From IMG/VR virus record IMGVR_UViG_3300025168_000034, positions 1 through 64,000 of that record: a stretch of DNA of 64,000 bases; one strand, 5' to 3'. This DNA comes from a virus. The translations under genes and the position numbers were made by a program. The notes under the pieces were generated by a model. The model searched no databases, was not told the DNA's origin, and was given only the letters and a program-made list of their open reading frames with translations. Positions 26,443-36,433 of this stretch are shown here, piece by piece (position 1 is the first letter of the stretch; each line of letters begins with the position of its first letter).

Positions 26443-27589
26443 ATTTGTTTATTATGTCTATTATTAAATTCATGTCTTTCTTTGTAAGATCTTGATGGTT
26501 AGGAATATAAAACCCTTGTGCTTCTAGTAATTCACAGTTTGGTAAAAATGGCTTCCAATGTTTGTTCATCCACATTGGTTTATTTGCCATGTTGCCTGCA
26601 ATCAATGGTCTTACTTCAACATCTGCAGCTAATAAGTCTCTGATAATATCATCTCGACGAGAATGTACAATTGGTATTGCAAAACTAGAAACATAGTCTC
26701 CAGGCTTTTCTTCTAACTCGAGATAGTTAGCTTTCAGTTTTTCTTTGTAGTATTCAAAGTTATTGTTACGTTGTCGTGCATAACGATCTAACTTATCTAT
26801 AGCTCGCAATCCTATAAATGCTTGGAGGTCTGTAGATCTCAAGTTCATCCCTGGAACATAGAAATTATATAGAGCATCAAAATCAGTACATCCATGCTGT
26901 TCTCTCAACTTCTTCTGTTTTTCTCTTGGTAAATCTCGATCCCATCCATGACTTCTCATCATTAATAACAAATGATAAAAATCTTCATCATCTGTATTTA
27001 TAAAGCCGCCTTCAATTGTTGATAGATGATGACCAAAATACATTGAGAAAAAGGATGCAAGTCCAAACGATCCTAAATGCTGTTGTTGGTACTTAGATCC
27101 CATACTCTCACAAACATCCTCTAATAGAATTACACCATATTTAGCACACAACTTTGTTATCTCTAACATATTAGGGACTAACCCTAGTGGTGACACTAAA
27201 ATAAATGTAGCAGGATTTTCACGTCGAAATATTGCTTCTAACGATTCTAAATCACACGACAAATCACTTAAATTACAATCACACATTGTGACATCGTAAC
27301 CTAACAACATAGGTGAACTTACATCCGTAGCCCAACTCAACGCAGGCACTACTATTTTATTGTTTTTTAGCTTACCTGATTCTTTTAATGCTGCTAATGT
27401 TAATAAGATAGAAGAAGATCCAGAATTAACAAATACTGAATATTTTGTTCCTATTTTTTTTGCCCATTTTTCTTCCAACTGTTTGGTTAATTCACCTTTA
27501 GTAAGTCTTGGTATCGGGTCTTGCTGTAACCATTCGACAAGTGCATTGATGTCTTGTCTATCTATTGTATCGCTAACTAATTTTATCAT
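26435..27589 (-). CDS. colD: ColD-like PLP-dependent GDP-4-keto-6-deoxymannose 3-dehydratase (DegT family)
   Basis: VNSGSS, EDVCES; FSMYFGHHLSTIEGG with His in place of the Schiff-base Lys; RSHGWDR; sits between gmd and fcl-like genes. Confidence 0.8.
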   Translation of the reverse strand: MIKLVSDTIDRQDINALVEWLQQDPIPRLTKGELTKQLEEKWAKKIGTKYSVFVNSGSSSILLTLAALKESGKLKNNKIVVPALSWATDVSSPMLLGYDVTMCDCNLSDLSCDLESLEAIFRRENPATFILVSPLGLVPNMLEITKLCAKYGVILLEDVCESMGSKYQQQHLGSFGLASFFSMYFGHHLSTIEGGFINTDDEDFYHLLLMMRSHGWDRDLPREKQKKLREQHGCTDFDALYNFYVPGMNLRSTDLQAFIGLRAIDKLDRYARQRNNNFEYYKEKLKANYLELEEKPGDYVSSFAIPIVHSRRDDIIRDLLAADVEVRPLIAGNMANKPMWMNKHWKPFLPNCELLEAQGFYIPNHQDLTKKDMNLIIDIINKYE

Positions 27590-28463
27590 ATACTTTTTTT
27601 ATACCTTCTTCGTATGGAGTAAATTCAAATTCTGGAAATAATGATAACATCTTATCTATGCTAACATCTTTTCTGTATTGACCGTCAAGCTCTGGCTTAT
27701 CGTACTTAATATAGTAATTTTTACCCAAAGAAGCTAAAGCTTTTTCAGCTAATTCATGAATTGATTGGTTCTCTGGATAAGCTATGTTGAAGTTTTCAGT
27801 TATATCATTTTCAATGGTCAACTTAATAATCCTAGCTAGATCTCCTGCATACATGAATTGACGAAGTGGTCTACCAGTTCCTAGCAAATTCAATTGGCTA
27901 TCACTTGTCTTGATCTTTTTTAAGAGTGCAGTAATGAAATGCATCTTCTTATCGTTTTCAAAATTATCATACTCACTATATAGATTGCATGGTGTGATGT
28001 AGTTATACTTTGTATCATATTGCTTGTTGTATGCTTTAATCTGCACCGCTAGAGCTCTTTTGGCATATCCATAACTAAAATTAGTTTCTGCTGGAGGTCC
28101 TGAGAATAAGTCCTTTTCTTGCATCGGGTATGATTGCATTTTGTCTGGATAGATGCATGTGCTTAATATTCCTACAAATCTTTTGACACTATACTCGTGA
28201 CACACCTTAACAATATTAGTATTCATCAATACATTATCGTCAAAATATTCTGCAGGCTTTGCTATGTTATCTTGAATACCACCAACCTTAGCAGCTAAAT
28301 GAACAACTACATCAGGTGTGTATGAGGATATCAACCATCGAACCTTTCCAATATCTGTAAGATCACAATCCTTACTACCAACGTATATTGCATCAGGAAT
28401 CACTTCTTTGAGATGCTTACCTACTGTACTCGTACCGCCGGTCACTAATATTCTTTTATTCAT
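27573..28463 (-). CDS. fcl: GDP-L-fucose/GDP-L-colitose synthase (epimerase-reductase)
   Basis: HLAAKVGGI, STCIYP, YGYAKR, PCNLY, GRPLRQF. Confidence 0.9.
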   Translation of the reverse strand: MNKRILVTGGTSTVGKHLKEVIPDAIYVGSKDCDLTDIGKVRWLISSYTPDVVVHLAAKVGGIQDNIAKPAEYFDDNVLMNTNIVKVCHEYSVKRFVGILSTCIYPDKMQSYPMQEKDLFSGPPAETNFSYGYAKRALAVQIKAYNKQYDTKYNYITPCNLYSEYDNFENDKKMHFITALLKKIKTSDSQLNLLGTGRPLRQFMYAGDLARIIKLTIENDITENFNIAYPENQSIHELAEKALASLGKNYYIKYDKPELDGQYRKDVSIDKMLSLFPEFEFTPYEEGIKKVYDKIS

Positions 28464-29467
28464 AGCGTTTTAAATTCGTTTAAATGTTGTTCAATCTCAA
28501 TATAATTTACTTCTTCTAAAAACATATTACCAGGTCTTTTTGTCAATACACAATTTAGTTTATCGCTAATATTTTTTTTGTCTTGCTTTAATGCATTAAT
28601 CATTTGATCAGTATTAGGTACTGACAAATCTTTATATATAGCTTTTAAGGTACTACCAATCTCAGTTAGATCTGCTTTATCTATATATCCTCTTTTGTAT
28701 GAAATATAATTTGCAATATCCATTCCCAAAGACACAGCTACACCATGTGGCACTTTGTTATTTGTACAAGACTCAATAGCATGTCCAAACGTATGGCCAT
28801 AGTTTAAGATTAATCTCTCCTTCTTATCAAACTCATCTAATTCAACAAAGCCACGTTTAATCTCCAAACACCTTGCGGTGAGTTTTTTTGGTGAGTTTTT
28901 ATTAAGTACAAAAAACAAATAATCTTCACGGCTCGATACTAAGAAGAAATGCAACATCTCACCTAATCCGGATAACATATCTGCTTCTGGTAGAGTGTCC
29001 AGAAAACTACTACACACAATAACTTTGTTAGGTGGATAAAAATTCCCTAGTTGATTTTTGTATGTATTAAAGTTTATTGAAGTCTTGCCTCCAATACAAC
29101 TATCACCTTGAGCTAGTAAGGTTGTTGGGTAGAATACCCAATCAACACCTCGAAATATTATTGAAGAGATAAACCCAACTGCATCTTGAGTAATCCCTCC
29201 GCCTACTGCAATCAGCTTATTTCTTTTGGTAAACGGTGTCTCAGGCACTTTATATATTAGATCGAGTATATCAGCAATCTTAGAAAACTCTTTAGTCTGC
29301 TCAGACACATCTAACAAGATATATGAACCTACATCACTCAGAGCTGATGTAAAAACATTTGAATCAACAATTATGATATCTCCTGGATTGTATACGGTTT
29401 TGATAGACTTGATGAAGTCTGTTTCAAATTGTACTTGGTAGTCTCGTATTGATGATTTTATATTCAT
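28460..29467 (-). CDS. 3-dehydroquinate-synthase-like sugar-phosphate cyclase
   Basis: GGGITQD, RGV, PTTLLAQGDSCIGGKT, KNQLG, LNYGHTFGHAIE, HGVAV. Confidence 0.9.
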   Translation of the reverse strand: MNIKSSIRDYQVQFETDFIKSIKTVYNPGDIIIVDSNVFTSALSDVGSYILLDVSEQTKEFSKIADILDLIYKVPETPFTKRNKLIAVGGGITQDAVGFISSIIFRGVDWVFYPTTLLAQGDSCIGGKTSINFNTYKNQLGNFYPPNKVIVCSSFLDTLPEADMLSGLGEMLHFFLVSSREDYLFFVLNKNSPKKLTARCLEIKRGFVELDEFDKKERLILNYGHTFGHAIESCTNNKVPHGVAVSLGMDIANYISYKRGYIDKADLTEIGSTLKAIYKDLSVPNTDQMINALKQDKKNISDKLNCVLTKRPGNMFLEEVNYIEIEQHLNEFKTL

Positions 29468-30138
29468 GTGATTGAAAAGCCTCCGTCTATTATAATATTT
29501 TGTCCAGTAATATATGTGTTTAGGTCGCTACATAAAAATATGACAGCATTAGCTATCTCTTGTGGAGTAGCCATTCTTTTCATAGGTACCTTAGATACTA
29601 ATTCTGATATCTGTGAGTCTGTTAGTATGCTTCTTGTCAGCTTTGTGTCTGTAAAGCCTGGTGAGATTGTATTGACTTGTATGTTGTACTCTGCTAACTC
29701 AGCTGCTAATGTCTTGGTCATTCCTATTAATGCAGATTTTGATGTAGTGTAGCATAACCTTTTTGCTACTGTTTTATCTCCCCATATTGAAGCTATGTTT
29801 ATTATCTTTCCTCCACCACTTCTTTTCATATGTTTAGATACGTGTTGTGATATTATGAATGGAGCTTTAACATTTACTTGCATAATAGTATCAAAGTCGT
29901 GCTCCTTAATGTCATGCAAGTTATCAATCTTATTAATGCCAGCACAGTTAATACAGATATCAATGTTAGGTAGATCAGCTAGTAGTTGTTTAATTGACGT
30001 GTCTGATCTAAGATCATAATCTTCTGATCCTATGCTCGTAACACTGCCTCGATTGCAGTTGAAGGAATTGACTATAGCTTTGCCAATCCCTCCACTGCCT
30101 CCAGTTACTAATATATTTTTATCTGCAAAGTTGAACAC
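29464..30138 (-). CDS. SDR family oxidoreductase (probable GTG start at 30138)
   Basis: VTGGSGGIG, INCAGI, NIAS, YTTSK, NTISPG, ITGQNIIIDGG. Confidence 0.9.
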   Translation of the reverse strand: MFNFADKNILVTGGSGGIGKAIVNSFNCNRGSVTSIGSEDYDLRSDTSIKQLLADLPNIDICINCAGINKIDNLHDIKEHDFDTIMQVNVKAPFIISQHVSKHMKRSGGGKIINIASIWGDKTVAKRLCYTTSKSALIGMTKTLAAELAEYNIQVNTISPGFTDTKLTRSILTDSQISELVSKVPMKRMATPQEIANAVIFLCSDLNTYITGQNIIIDGGFSIT

Positions 30139-30749
30139 TATTTTAGTGGGTTTCTTGCTAATGGTTGAGATGTACCCTTCCTTACTACCTCTTCTTTTAT
30201 AGAAGGACACTCAGCACCACATGCGTGAATAAGATCGTAGAATAATATTAGCGAAAGAACCTCTACAGTGTGAAAGTATTTACAATCTAAAACCACATTG
30301 TTAATTTTATCTCCTAATACACCTCTATCTTGCCCAGCTATCATTGCTGTCTTGTATCCATTCTTCTCAGCCCAATGACAACAAGACACTACATTCTTTG
30401 AACCGCCAGAACATGATAAGGCTACAATCATAGCGTCATCCTTCATCTTTCCAGTCTTTCTTTGTAGCTCAAGCCAACTCAAAAAGAGATTGTTATATCC
30501 ATAATCATTCGCGATGCTTGTCATTAAGCATTGACTCTCAAGCGTTGAGATGCTTTTTTGGATACCTGCCTTTGCAAACAAACGAGTACAATCGTCAGCG
30601 GCATGGTTAGCAACAGCCCACAACCCTCCATTTGCAACAAGGTATATGTCACTACTCGAAGCAAAGTCTTTTTCAAACTTCTTCCATTGCTTTGTGATTA
30701 ATGTTGCTTCTAACTTTTCTTCTATGTTTTCAAAATCAATATTTGCCAT
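30138..30749 (-). CDS. SIS-domain sugar-phosphate isomerase (GmhA-like)
   Basis: ANGGLWAVANH, TSIANDYG, LSCSGGSKNV. Confidence 0.85.
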   Translation of the reverse strand: MANIDFENIEEKLEATLITKQWKKFEKDFASSSDIYLVANGGLWAVANHAADDCTRLFAKAGIQKSISTLESQCLMTSIANDYGYNNLFLSWLELQRKTGKMKDDAMIVALSCSGGSKNVVSCCHWAEKNGYKTAMIAGQDRGVLGDKINNVVLDCKYFHTVEVLSLILFYDLIHACGAECPSIKEEVVRKGTSQPLARNPLK

Positions 30750-30797
30750 TTGTTTTCTTTTTATTTGTAATATACTTATTTTTTATCATTATTCCTA

Positions 30798-31961
30798 CTA
30801 TAAACTCCTTCTTATTAAAGATAATGCATCTCTAATTGTTCCCCATGTAATATTCAAATTCGGTCTTAATCTAACAGACATCTCTCCAGTTGGATTACAT
30901 ATCATACCATTCTCATACAGCTTCTTAACAAAGCTATCTCTGTATATTTTTCTGTTGAAGTCAAACGCCAACAATAAACCTATTTGTCTCACATTTGTTA
31001 TTTGAGGCATCTCTCTTAATCCATCAGCTAATAGGTTCCCCATTGTTGTAGCATTATCTAAAAGGTTGTCTTTTTCTATTGCTTTGATAATATACTTACA
31101 TCTAATCATGTCTAATAAGTCTCCATCAAATGTGACTGATAATCGCTTTGGTACTTCAAAAACCTTATTGTGTGTGTTTTTCACCATTATTCCTGATACT
31201 TGTGATTTCTTACCAAAAGCAATAATGTCAGGCTCTATACCTAAATGATCGCAATACCACACCTTACCAGATGCTCCAAAGCCAGTTTGAACTTCATCAA
31301 AAATTAATGGAATATCTTTTTCTGTACACAACTCTCTTAGCTGGAGAAGTTGGTGTTGTGGTAAATAATTATCACCATACGTAGATTGTATTGGTTCAAT
31401 GATAATTCCATGTATGCGTGATGTGTTTCTCCATGGGCTACGAATGTGTTTGATTGCTTGCTTTATAGAATCAACTTGAGGCCATGCTTGTGCGCCAGGT
31501 AAACTTCCTTGTCTCACATCTACTCCTTGGAATCTTGTAGTAAGTATGTTTCCTACAGAATTGATACCATGAAAGCTGTTCTTAATTGAAAGTATATATC
31601 CTTTGGGGTTAGGTCCTTTGTGCCACATAGCTGCTTTAACAGCTGCTTCGTTGGCTAATGCTCCTGTGCATGTAAAAGCGTAATTTGAGTAACCTTCTCG
31701 AGATGTAAAGTTTTTAAAGTGTTCATAGAAGGACTCGTATTCATCAGAAAGCATTTCACAGTTTACGATTTTAAGCTTTGATACTCTCTTCACCTCCTCT
31801 TCAAACGACTTATCGAATACTGGATGGTTATATCCTATTGGAAGAGATGAGTACATACCCATGAAGTCGAGGTAGTATTTGTTTGTGGTTTTATCAAACA
31901 CATAGCTACCTTTGCTTTTGTCAAAGTCAATCTTAATATTAAATGCGCTTGTTTTACTCAT
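30798..31961 (-). CDS. class III PLP aminotransferase (lysine 6-transaminase-like)
   Basis: YLDF, GYNHP, TGALANEAAVK, SFHG, IIEPIQ, FDEVQTGFG, DIIAFGKK. Confidence 0.9.
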   Translation of the reverse strand: MSKTSAFNIKIDFDKSKGSYVFDKTTNKYYLDFMGMYSSLPIGYNHPVFDKSFEEEVKRVSKLKIVNCEMLSDEYESFYEHFKNFTSREGYSNYAFTCTGALANEAAVKAAMWHKGPNPKGYILSIKNSFHGINSVGNILTTRFQGVDVRQGSLPGAQAWPQVDSIKQAIKHIRSPWRNTSRIHGIIIEPIQSTYGDNYLPQHQLLQLRELCTEKDIPLIFDEVQTGFGASGKVWYCDHLGIEPDIIAFGKKSQVSGIMVKNTHNKVFEVPKRLSVTFDGDLLDMIRCKYIIKAIEKDNLLDNATTMGNLLADGLREMPQITNVRQIGLLLAFDFNRKIYRDSFVKKLYENGMICNPTGEMSVRLRPNLNITWGTIRDALSLIRRSL

Positions 31962-33060
31962 ATATGTGATCTACGTCATCTCTACTAACTGCTAATCTTA
32001 TTGCTTGTTCTGATCCTACAGCTGTGATCTTGTGTTTTTTATTTCGCTCTATGAAAACTATATCTCCTTTCTTAACAACCATAGTATCTCCTTCCACAAA
32101 CCATTCCCACTCTCCTTTTATGATGTACCACCACTCATCCCAATCATTATGATAATGTAATCGATTTCCTTCACCTGGCATCTGTCCAATTAAGGTAGCT
32201 CTGTTAGATTTTGAGTTTATTACTGTGTGTGACCAAGACTCATCATCCGGATTATTACCTATGATACTCTGTACTTTTGTGACTTCTTTATTGTAATCGT
32301 GTAGGTTATTATTAACAACACCGTCTTGGGTTAGTACACGTTCTACATTGTGATCATAGACCTTTCCTGGTTTGTAATATTGAGGATCTTTTGGCTTTGC
32401 TGCTAGAATCGATTCAGCTAGCAGAAAATCATCCTCCTCGTCTATGTCGACTGTAGCATACCCATCTAACTCAAAGAATCCTATATTGCCATCACCTCCA
32501 TGATATCCGCAACCATACTTCTCCATATTTTTTTTATAATTTTCATATGTCCAAGACATTAAAGAGCAGGCATATGCATAGACTGGTTCTAGTAATTGGC
32601 TTGGTGGTGATGGTTTTTTTTGATCAAAGTTGATTGGTTGATTATCATACACTGATTCTATTTTGACTTTTTTGGTAGATACTAGTGTTGTATATTGCTT
32701 AGCTTGATTTACAAAATCCTTAACTTGCGACGAAGTGATGAAAGGTGATGTTGCAAGTATCTGTATTAGAGTATCTCCTTCTACACTATTCATAAAGTCT
32801 AATGTGAAATCGTCATTTGTTGCTTCATCTGTAGATAGATGGGCTGGTCTTTTGTAGAACTTCACACCATACTCCTCAGCTATCTCTGCAAAAATATCTG
32901 ACTCTGAATTGATATATATTTCATCAAACACATTTGCTTCTTTAGCAGCTTGTATTGCATAACTAACTAGAGGAACATTACCTAATAGTCTTAGATTCTT
33001 ATTGGGTATCCGTTTACTTCCCAGTCTAACGGGGATCATTGCTATAACTTTTTTATTCAT
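31954..33060 (-). CDS. NeuA/KdsB-type cytidylyltransferase fused to a cupin domain
   Basis: IPVRLGSKRIPNKN, ATSPF, VDIDEEDD; C-terminal HYH...DEWWY...H cupin. Confidence 0.9.
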   Translation of the reverse strand: MNKKVIAMIPVRLGSKRIPNKNLRLLGNVPLVSYAIQAAKEANVFDEIYINSESDIFAEIAEEYGVKFYKRPAHLSTDEATNDDFTLDFMNSVEGDTLIQILATSPFITSSQVKDFVNQAKQYTTLVSTKKVKIESVYDNQPINFDQKKPSPPSQLLEPVYAYACSLMSWTYENYKKNMEKYGCGYHGGDGNIGFFELDGYATVDIDEEDDFLLAESILAAKPKDPQYYKPGKVYDHNVERVLTQDGVVNNNLHDYNKEVTKVQSIIGNNPDDESWSHTVINSKSNRATLIGQMPGEGNRLHYHNDWDEWWYIIKGEWEWFVEGDTMVVKKGDIVFIERNKKHKITAVGSEQAIRLAVSRDDVDHIYE

Positions 33061-34778
33061 TATTTGTTGTTTATAAACTCATTCATTAAATAATCATCTA
33101 ACGTGAGTGTTCCGTAATGCTCATCTACCATTTTTCTAAAATAATCAATCTGTGGTTGTTGATGATGTATATCCATTCGTAGCTGTTCTACAGAGGGTTC
33201 TTTATTTTCTGTAGAGCTGAAATTGCCTATTGCTGAAGCTGCATCGTGATATGTATCATTGTACACTTTTCCAAAAGTATTCATATTGAAAAAAGTCATA
33301 CCGGTGATGAATAGCTCTTTGACATCATAATTTAACAAGGTTATGACACCCATCAACCCTGTGTTAGCAGTTGTTCCGATTTCATTAAAGCATTTGAATA
33401 AATAACCATCAGATACATCGTGCCAATCCACTTTTAGATCTTGCATAAAATCATATATCGATTGGATATTCCACATTAACACCATTGGACACACAACATA
33501 CTTTAGAGATTTTACAAACTCCACATTATTAGACATTGCATTCTGCTTATAGTGATTCAGGCAATTCATAACTATATCCGTTCGTTGTCCATAGTCTTCC
33601 CAATCACTCTCTGGCATATCATATGCTTGATTAACCCTCACAACTACATCATAAGAATCTATTAATTTACCTAAACCCTTTCCTTTAAGGTGAGGAGATG
33701 GACAGACATATGCTACCCGCTTTCCTTTTACCAACTCGTTAAGCTTTTCATCGAGCTTATAATCTCGAAAGCTATTTACAAAAGGTCCTCGAGAGCCTAA
33801 ATCAAAAAGCTGATCAGCTGGGGTTGGTGTAGATGATTGCCATTCCGGTGGATTAATGCTAAGAGGTATGTTTGTTATATTGTTCAAAGTGTTTCCCCAC
33901 CAATTATCATTATCAATTAAACTCACTCTACACTCGATAAGCTCTTTGTGGTGTATCGGTGGTATCTCCCACGGAAAGATAGGAAATCGACCTATACTCT
34001 CTCCGTTGAACCATCTTAGATCTGTAGTAAAGGACTCTACATTAATCTTATTGGTATCAATAACTTCGCCTGATAATAATAAGCTGTTTAGATACTCAAC
34101 ACTATACACTTCTTCGTACCTATTCAATGAGTTGTTAGTGTGTATTTGTTTTACTACTTCTGTGTGGTGAAACAAATTATATGTATAGTCTTGGAATATA
34201 GGAGATTTTGAACCTGCTATCTCTAGCTCGACTGGTGTGTTGATCTTGTTGTCAGTTTGTATTAATTCTAATACATCTTTCTTTCTGTGAATAACACTAC
34301 TCGCATTAAAGGGATATTTTAGTGCCAACTCTTCGATAGAGCTAGATCCTTTGGTACTTTTGTTAATAGTGTAATAAGCTTCTTCTTGCTTATCCCACCA
34401 CTGCTTATTAAATAAAGTAGGGTCAAGTCCAAAACAATACTTACCAGCGCTATTAAGTGTTTTTAAAGACTTATCACACTGATCAAGGTTTAATGATTTA
34501 AAGTATATAGTATCATCTACCTCAAGCATTACATTGTCTGATTGTATTTCATTACTTAATATTGCTGTAAGTGTTTGTTGGAAGCCATAAACACTCTCGT
34601 CTACAAAAATAACATTGTTAAATATGTTGTTAAGTTTTTGATACCCTTCAAGATACTGTTTATTAGAGTACCCAAACTGGACGTATATATTGTCTACTCC
34701 AGTCACATACCTCTCTATCGTCTCAAGTGATGTGTGTAACTGAAAAGCTCTATCTTTTGAAAAAATTAAAATATCCAT
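33060..34778 (-). CDS. bifunctional glycosyltransferase: GT-A domain plus GT29 (sialyltransferase)-like domain
   Basis: FSKDRAFQL...VDD; sialylmotif-L-like GKRVAYV...LGKLIDSYDVVVRVN...DYGQRTD and motif-S-like NTGLMGV...LFITGMTF. Confidence 0.75.
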   Translation of the reverse strand: MDILIFSKDRAFQLHTSLETIERYVTGVDNIYVQFGYSNKQYLEGYQKLNNIFNNVIFVDESVYGFQQTLTAILSNEIQSDNVMLEVDDTIYFKSLNLDQCDKSLKTLNSAGKYCFGLDPTLFNKQWWDKQEEAYYTINKSTKGSSSIEELALKYPFNASSVIHRKKDVLELIQTDNKINTPVELEIAGSKSPIFQDYTYNLFHHTEVVKQIHTNNSLNRYEEVYSVEYLNSLLLSGEVIDTNKINVESFTTDLRWFNGESIGRFPIFPWEIPPIHHKELIECRVSLIDNDNWWGNTLNNITNIPLSINPPEWQSSTPTPADQLFDLGSRGPFVNSFRDYKLDEKLNELVKGKRVAYVCPSPHLKGKGLGKLIDSYDVVVRVNQAYDMPESDWEDYGQRTDIVMNCLNHYKQNAMSNNVEFVKSLKYVVCPMVLMWNIQSIYDFMQDLKVDWHDVSDGYLFKCFNEIGTTANTGLMGVITLLNYDVKELFITGMTFFNMNTFGKVYNDTYHDAASAIGNFSSTENKEPSVEQLRMDIHHQQPQIDYFRKMVDEHYGTLTLDDYLMNEFINNK

Positions 34779-36433
34779 TAAACTAAATCTTTTAAGTACT
34801 TATTGTAAAATTTATCATTATCCTCATACCAATCTAAAGCTCTTTCGTAATTTTCTTGAATTGCAGCTTTTTTGGATTCATAAATAGGAGTTTTTTCAAG
34901 GTCTTGGATAATAGTCACCAATTCTTTAGTTGTGTCGAAGGTTATAATACCATCTGGATTAAACCACTGTTGTATATTTGGACAGCCATGATAGATAGGA
35001 ATAACTCCAGCTAACATACAATCAAGTAGCTTTTCTGTAAAGTAGTTTTTCATCTTAGCATTCTCCATTGCTATTGAAAATTCATAGTCCTTTAATCCTT
35101 CTAATTTAGAAGCTATGGGATTAATATCTCGTCCAAAAGCATCAACATTGAGCCTCTGTTTCTGCATCTCTGCTAGACATTCTAATCTAAACTCATGCCC
35201 CTTTACCATACTTTTCTTGGAGGTAATGAAGGATGTCTTTTTAGATTTTTTATAAACCTGAAACTGAGTTGTATCTAGTTCTATTGGTAAAAGATTCCAT
35301 TGTGAAATCTCTGTGATTGGTTTAAATTTAAAGTTTGGTAAATTGTGTAGCGACTCATGCCACCCAAGCACCCTATCAAACTTTCCGTATTCTGTTTGTA
35401 TTGTATCATACAAAAGCTCTTGATTAAACAGGTGTGGACCTTCAGCTATAACTGCTACAATAGGCTTATCCTCATCAACTTCAATTGATCCATTCAAGTA
35501 TTTTAGAATACTATCATCTTGCAAAACTGTCAAATCAAACTCACCTTTTGACAGATTGTATGTGTAGGAAAAGTCTTTAGGAATTGTATGTCGCTCTCTA
35601 TAATCTCCAAAAGCATTTACTTGTGGCAACTTTTCGCCACTCAACTCTTCTCTAACAGCTACTCTCTTGAATTTTTTTCTATTTCGTATTTCTATTTCAT
35701 ACTTTTCATTCTCTTTCGAATCTCTAAAAGAGCCATCCTTTAAAGGCCTTACTCGGTCAGGATCGTTATTAAACATTACAGTAGGATATTGTAGATTCAC
35801 TATCTTCTCTGAAGGTACCATCTCCATCATAGAGAATTGGAGCTGTAGATCAATTGCATGTTTATATATCTCATTATCGATGTTTGAGATTGCATTTTCA
35901 ACTTTAAATTGCTTATGTACAAACCATCTAAACGAGTGTAGGTGACCTGCTCTCCACATGTCCTTTCTATATAGAGCATGTTTATGCACAAACGGATCAT
36001 AATCGCTATTTTGTGGATTAGGCATGACAATCTCTGTGCCACCATTCCATACACGCATACCACCGTAGGTTAGCCAACAATCGGTTTCATTATATGTTTG
36101 GTTGAGTTGTTCTAATACTGTTGGAGTAGCAAACCAATCATCACCACAAAGCTCTACTAGGATTTCATTTTCATCCCTACCATCCATAAACTCATAAGGG
36201 TGTTTAATGTAGTTTGTTGGAGAGTCTAAGTTTTTTTTATTGTTAATAATGTGAAATCTACTATCATTACCAACTAAATCAGTTACTATCTGTAGGGTGT
36301 TGTCTGTAGATGCATCATTAACATATATTACCTCATAATTAGTATATGTTTGTTCTAAAATACTTTCCAAGTGAGTTTCCGCCCACTCCTCATTGTTGTA
36401 TGAACAACATAAGATTATAAATTTATTTTTCAT
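34778..36433 (-). CDS. bifunctional glycosyltransferase: GT2 plus GT10 (alpha-1,3-fucosyltransferase)-like domain
   Basis: SYNNE, VNDASTD, GDDW; C-terminal KLEGLKDYEFSIAMEN...YFTEKLLD...VIPIYHG. Confidence 0.85.
   Translation of the reverse strand: MKNKFIILCCSYNNEEWAETHLESILEQTYTNYEVIYVNDASTDNTLQIVTDLVGNDSRFHIINNKKNLDSPTNYIKHPYEFMDGRDENEILVELCGDDWFATPTVLEQLNQTYNETDCWLTYGGMRVWNGGTEIVMPNPQNSDYDPFVHKHALYRKDMWRAGHLHSFRWFVHKQFKVENAISNIDNEIYKHAIDLQLQFSMMEMVPSEKIVNLQYPTVMFNNDPDRVRPLKDGSFRDSKENEKYEIEIRNRKKFKRVAVREELSGEKLPQVNAFGDYRERHTIPKDFSYTYNLSKGEFDLTVLQDDSILKYLNGSIEVDEDKPIVAVIAEGPHLFNQELLYDTIQTEYGKFDRVLGWHESLHNLPNFKFKPITEISQWNLLPIELDTTQFQVYKKSKKTSFITSKKSMVKGHEFRLECLAEMQKQRLNVDAFGRDINPIASKLEGLKDYEFSIAMENAKMKNYFTEKLLDCMLAGVIPIYHGCPNIQQWFNPDGIITFDTTKELVTIIQDLEKTPIYESKKAAIQENYERALDWYEDNDKFYNKYLKDLV

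Noticed and set aside
28460-29467. Housekeeping aroB of the shikimate pathway
   Set aside because: No other aro genes are present and it lies inside the glycan island, so no gene symbol was assigned.
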